DNA of 8,208 nt from Candidatus Woesearchaeota archaeon (GTDB lineage Archaea; Nanobdellota; Nanobdellia; CAYMVK01; CAYYFB01). Made by a program: the position numbers and the translations under genes. A model generated the notes under the pieces. It was given only the letters and a program-made list of their open reading frames with translations. It was not told the origin of the DNA and ran no database searches. Shown here piece after piece: positions 6,027 through 8,208 of the stretch; position 1 is the first letter of the stretch; the number at the start of each line of letters is the position of its first letter. Location: contig CAZUOK010000007.1 in assembly GCA_964622145.1 (NCBI GenBank), forward strand, positions 1-8,208. Direction: 5' to 3'.

Positions 6027-6152
6027 ATGTCCGTGCTTGGAGTGATAATATTGATATTGATCATAACGTTCTTCACGATATATATCGGGATGAGATATCA
6101 GCTGGAACAGAAGATATTGGAGATTGTTGGAGAGGGATTGAAGATATGCTAG
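6027..6152 (+). CDS. 41-aa single-TM protein ([41 protein letters not shown])
   Basis: Translated by hand; it is absent from the track. The ATG sits at the predicted leaderless start, and the N-terminal hydrophobic helix is clean. The competing track frame (6011, TTG start) reads as non-protein-like sequence over this stretch. Confidence 0.4.
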   Translation: MSVLGVIILILIITFFTIYIGMRYQLEQKILEIVGEGLKIC

Positions 6153-6457
6153 ATTTTTTGTTGTTTTTTTCCGGAATACTCATGGCAGAGATGTTATCCC
6201 CAGGGTTTGAATTTTATGAGGAACTGCTCCACGTATTCCTAATCGTTCTTATCGCTGTTACCGTTTTTGGAAAAGATTACAAGATACTTGGAAGTCCTTA
6301 CCTCTACAACTTTTTCTCAGGATTTTCATCAACCATTTCATCAATGTTCCTCGTACAATCTTTCAAATGCTTAAAGCAAATATTAAAGAGAAGGAGGAGG
6401 ATGGAGATTGCTAGGAAAATTAGATTGCTAAGGGATATAAGGGAAAGGCTAAGATAG
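6146..6457 (+). CDS. 103-aa membrane protein with a basic C-terminal helix, function unknown
   Basis: This is the internal ATG of track ORF 6011..6457. It overlaps the 41-aa ORF stop as ATGCTAG. Hydrophobic segments are [16 protein letters not shown] and [15 protein letters not shown], and the tail is [23 protein letters not shown]. The 3' end overlaps uL24 convergently by 9 nt. Confidence 0.45.
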   Translation: MLDFLLFFSGILMAEMLSPGFEFYEELLHVFLIVLIAVTVFGKDYKILGSPYLYNFFSGFSSTISSMFLVQSFKCLKQILKRRRRMEIARKIRLLRDIRERLR

Positions 6458-6877
6458 TATTTGCTGTATTTCTTCCTCACTAAATCCTTTTGCTCTCAAT
6501 CTTCTTTCTATCACCTTTTTTCTCTCAGGATCTGAAAGATCAAGCTCAACAATCTCAACCTTTGATGGATGGATGGGATATTTTACCCTAGTACCATCCT
6601 TCTTTACTATTTCAGCCTCCTCAACAAATATCCTATACCTCTCGTAGTCCACATCAACAACCTTTCCAACAACATCGTAGAATTTTCCTCTAACAATCCT
6701 AACAACGTCCCCTTTCCTTACAGGAATGTTCCTTATCTTGTACTTCTTTCTCAACTCCTTTGAAAGAGGTGCGCTCATAAGTTTTCTCCTTATGTGAAGT
6801 GGAGCATAATAAATGTACTTCCTCTGTTTCCTTGGTTGGATGGATCTTATCCAGCTCCTGCTCCACTTCTTTTTCAT
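6449..6877 (-). CDS. rpl24: Ribosomal protein uL24 (archaeal L24)
   Basis: It carries the archaeal L24 hallmarks [47 protein letters not shown] and [17 protein letters not shown]. The start abuts the uL14 stop (TAGATG), with AGGTGGTGG upstream. Confidence 0.93.
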   Translation of the reverse strand: MKKKWSRSWIRSIQPRKQRKYIYYAPLHIRRKLMSAPLSKELRKKYKIRNIPVRKGDVVRIVRGKFYDVVGKVVDVDYERYRIFVEEAEIVKKDGTRVKYPIHPSKVEIVELDLSDPERKKVIERRLRAKGFSEEEIQQILS

Positions 6878-7279
6878 CTACACCACCACCTTTGCAATCT
6901 TTCCAAGTGGAAGGAACCTTTGTACAGCCTCCCTAGCAACAGGACCTTTTATAATAGAGCCTACAGGCTCTCCTTCCTCATTTTTGACAAGAACGCATGC
7001 GTTGTCCTCAAATTTTATTCTTGTCCCATCAGCCCTTCTATATTCTTTTCTTGTCCTTATTATAACTGCCATAACAACCTTGTGCTTCATTTCTGGTTTT
7101 CCTTCTATCACAGAACCCCAGACCAAATCCGCAATCCCAGCAGCTGGTAATCTTCTCCTAACTCCATGGTATCCTTTTACAGCAATTATTTTTATCTTCT
7201 TTGCCCCTGAATTGTCCGCAACATCAACAACAGCTCCAACAGGCAAGCATCTAACAACACTTGCCTTTATTGGTCTCAT
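6878..7279 (-). CDS. rpl14: Ribosomal protein uL14 (archaeal L14)
   Basis: Motifs are ADNSGAKKIKIIAVKGYHGVRRRLPAAGIADLV, RKEYRRADGTRIKFEDNACVLV and IKGPVAREA. The preferred start is MRPIKA at 7279, which overlaps the uS17 stop as ATGA and follows AGGTGGTG. The track start at 7333 lies inside uS17. Confidence 0.93.
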   Translation of the reverse strand: MRPIKASVVRCLPVGAVVDVADNSGAKKIKIIAVKGYHGVRRRLPAAGIADLVWGSVIEGKPEMKHKVVMAVIIRTRKEYRRADGTRIKFEDNACVLVKNEEGEPVGSIIKGPVAREAVQRFLPLGKIAKVVV

Positions 7280-7605
7280 TTCTTCACCACCTGCAAAACA
7301 ACAAAGTGCTTTGCCTTTGACAGTGGTCTGCATTCCCCAATTATTACCTCATCACCTTCCTTTGCATTTATACAAGGGGGGTTGTGAGCAAAGACCTTCG
7401 TCTTCCTCCTCTCATATCTTTCGTACTTTTTCAAATAGTAAAGCCTTTCCCACTCAACAACAACTGTTTTATCCATCTTGGCTTTTTTCACAATTCCTCT
7501 GAATATCCTGCCTCTAACGGACAGTTTTCCATGCCAAGGACAGTAAGGATCATCACACTCCCTTTCGGGAGGTTCTATTCCCTCTATTCCTATATCTCTA
7601 ACCAT
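7276..7605 (-). CDS. rps17: Ribosomal protein uS17 (archaeal S17)
   Basis: Motifs are ECDDPYCPWHGKLSVRGRIF, KMDKTVVVEWE, KYERYERRKTKVFAHNPPCINAKEGD and ECRPLSKAKHFVV. Confidence 0.93.
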   Translation of the reverse strand: MVRDIGIEGIEPPERECDDPYCPWHGKLSVRGRIFRGIVKKAKMDKTVVVEWERLYYLKKYERYERRKTKVFAHNPPCINAKEGDEVIIGECRPLSKAKHFVVLQVVKK

Positions 7606-7621
7606 GCTTCTTCTAGGAAAT

Positions 7622-7951
7622 TCAATCTTTTTTTAAACCTTTTGTTTCAATGGCCTTTAAGAGGAGCTCAAAATAACTCTTCCTAACCTTTATCCTCTTC
7701 TTTAACCTCTCCTCAGGTCTTCCAACGAGGATTTCTCCAGGTATGTATACCTTAACATTCCCAAGATCAAACTCGAATACACAGATTTCTTTTAAAATCC
7801 TCTTGATACCTTTTTCCGTCCTTATTAGTATTGTATTCCTTGTTTCATCAACAATTTTCCCCTCTATTCCAATACAATCTTTGTTTTTTGACCAAACAAC
7901 TTTGCATTTCAACCCTATTATTTCATGCCATGGAAGCTCTGAAGGTTTCAC
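7622..7951 (-). CDS. rnp1: RNase P protein component 1 (Rpp29/Pop4 family)
   Basis: Motifs are IIGLKCKVVWSKNKDCIGIEGKIVDETRNTILIRT and ILVGRPEERLKKR. It occupies the conserved position directly upstream of uS17. The start is a GTG at 7951. Confidence 0.85.
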   Translation of the reverse strand: MKPSELPWHEIIGLKCKVVWSKNKDCIGIEGKIVDETRNTILIRTEKGIKRILKEICVFEFDLGNVKVYIPGEILVGRPEERLKKRIKVRKSYFELLLKAIETKGLKKD

Positions 7952-7969
7952 AAATCCTACTTGTCTTAA

Positions 7970-7983
7970 AAGAAAATAAAAGT
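7970..7983 (-). promoter_or_regulatory. TATA element for a leaderless rnp1-rps17-rpl14-rpl24 transcript; the same T-tract could terminate the upstream tRNA fragment
   Basis: The minus strand reads CTTTTATTTTCTTTT. TTTTATTTT (7981-7973) is centred 26 nt from the GTG at 7951. The tract begins 9 nt after the tRNA discriminator base. Confidence 0.5.
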
Positions 7984-7990
7984 TTTGGAG

Positions 7991-8062
7991 TGGGCCCGGC
8001 GGGATTTGAACCCGCGACCATCCGGTTAAGAGCCGGACGCTTTAGGCGGAGGGTGGTGGCCT
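7991..8062 (-). tRNA. 3' fragment of a split (or very long-intron) tRNA-Lys(CUU), preceded by a GC-rich leader
   Basis: The minus strand reads AGGCCACCACCCTCCGCC-TAAAGCG-TCCGG-CTCTTAA-CCGGA-TGGTC-GCGGG-TTCAAAT-CCCGC-CGGGCCC-A. The anticodon arm is perfect, with CTT at 8030-8028. The T arm with TTCAAAT loop, the 3' acceptor strand and discriminator A (7991) are all present. No 5' acceptor strand GGGCCCG and no D-arm 5' half occur upstream through 8208. The tRNA-like sequence stops at about nt 21-23 (~8043) and gives way to the leader at 8044-8062. Confidence 0.75.
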
Positions 8063-8208
8063 GGACTTTATTGGTTTTACAAGATTTAAAAACTTTTCTA
8101 AGGACCTTTGATCCGTTATTCTGATAACATAACAGCCCCTATCAAATCCTATCTTTGTTGTCTTTATTTTGAAGTGTTCCATAACTCTTTTAAAAAAGAG
8201 TACAGGGT
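8042..8208 (-). CDS. Possible 3' end of a gene running off the right edge (...PVLFFKRVMEHFKIKTTKIGFDRGCYVIRITDQRSLEKFLNLVKPIKSRPPPSA), unresolved
   Basis: By hand translation the minus-strand frame is open from the window edge to TAA at 8044-8042. It overlaps the tRNA promoter and leader, and the final KSRPPPSA is simply the leader translated. No motif is recognised. Confidence 0.2.
   Translation of the reverse strand, partial: PVLFFKRVMEHFKIKTTKIGFDRGCYVIRITDQRSLEKFLNLVKPIKSRPPPSA
8083..8099 (-). promoter_or_regulatory. BRE/TATA promoter dedicated to the tRNA 3' fragment
   Basis: The minus strand reads AGAAAAG-TTTTTAAAT (8099-8084). The TATA centre (~8088) lies 26 nt upstream of 8062, exactly where the GC-rich leader begins. 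Confidence 0.55.

Noticed and set aside
6011-6145. TTG start at 6011 for a 148-aa protein
   Set aside because: The first 45 residues (MRICFYVRAWSDNIDIDHNVLHDIYRDE...) do not look protein-like. A different frame from the well-placed ATG at 6027 gives a clean TM helix.
7280-7333. uL14 start at 7333 (MQTTVKGKALCCFAGGEE...)
   Set aside because: The extension lies within the uS17 coding region. The ATG at 7279 has an SD motif and an ATGA overlap, and it matches the usual uL14 N-terminus.
6569-8124. Plus-strand ORFs 6569..6763, 6794..7150, 6813..7502, 7384..7686, 7743..7979 and 7831..8124
   Set aside because: All are antisense to confidently identified ribosomal protein, Rpp29 and tRNA genes. Their translations are low-complexity.
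1-8208. Search for CRISPR arrays, IS elements with terminal inverted repeats, and integrase or transposase genes
   Set aside because: I saw no regularly spaced direct repeats and no recombinase-like ORFs. The only repeats are the two intragenic ones reported as features.

Overview
Compact, low-GC archaeal sequence with hyperthermophile-style proteins rich in K, E, R and I. The organism cannot be named from this window. A Desulfurococcales-like crenarchaeon or a Nanoarchaeota/DPANN-like lineage are both plausible, and the Rpp29 gene argues against Nanoarchaeum equitans itself. The left two thirds (2-5995) is a type IV filament-like locus. It holds a 5'-truncated FlaI/PilB/VirB11-family ATPase, then a 49-aa coiled-coil ORF missing from the ORF track, then a 647-aa protein. 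That protein combines a glycine-zipper membrane domain, cationic G-I-G repeats, a globular middle and a very arginine-rich tail. It sits where a PilC/FlaJ/TadC platform gene would normally be. A divergent small membrane protein follows, then five tightly overlapping pilin-like genes encoding Cys-rich proteins with N-glycosylation sequons. The right third holds a small leaderless two-gene membrane-protein unit and an isolated ribosomal block on the minus strand (Rpp29, uS17, uL14, uL24). It also holds what reads as the stand-alone 3' fragment of a split tRNA-Lys(CUU) gene with its own promoter and a GC-rich leader. Five transcription units have an A/T-rich TATA element centred about 26 nt upstream of the start codon or predicted RNA 5' end, while internal cistrons carry GGTG/GGAGG Shine-Dalgarno motifs. 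All functional calls rest on motifs read by eye; no database search was possible.
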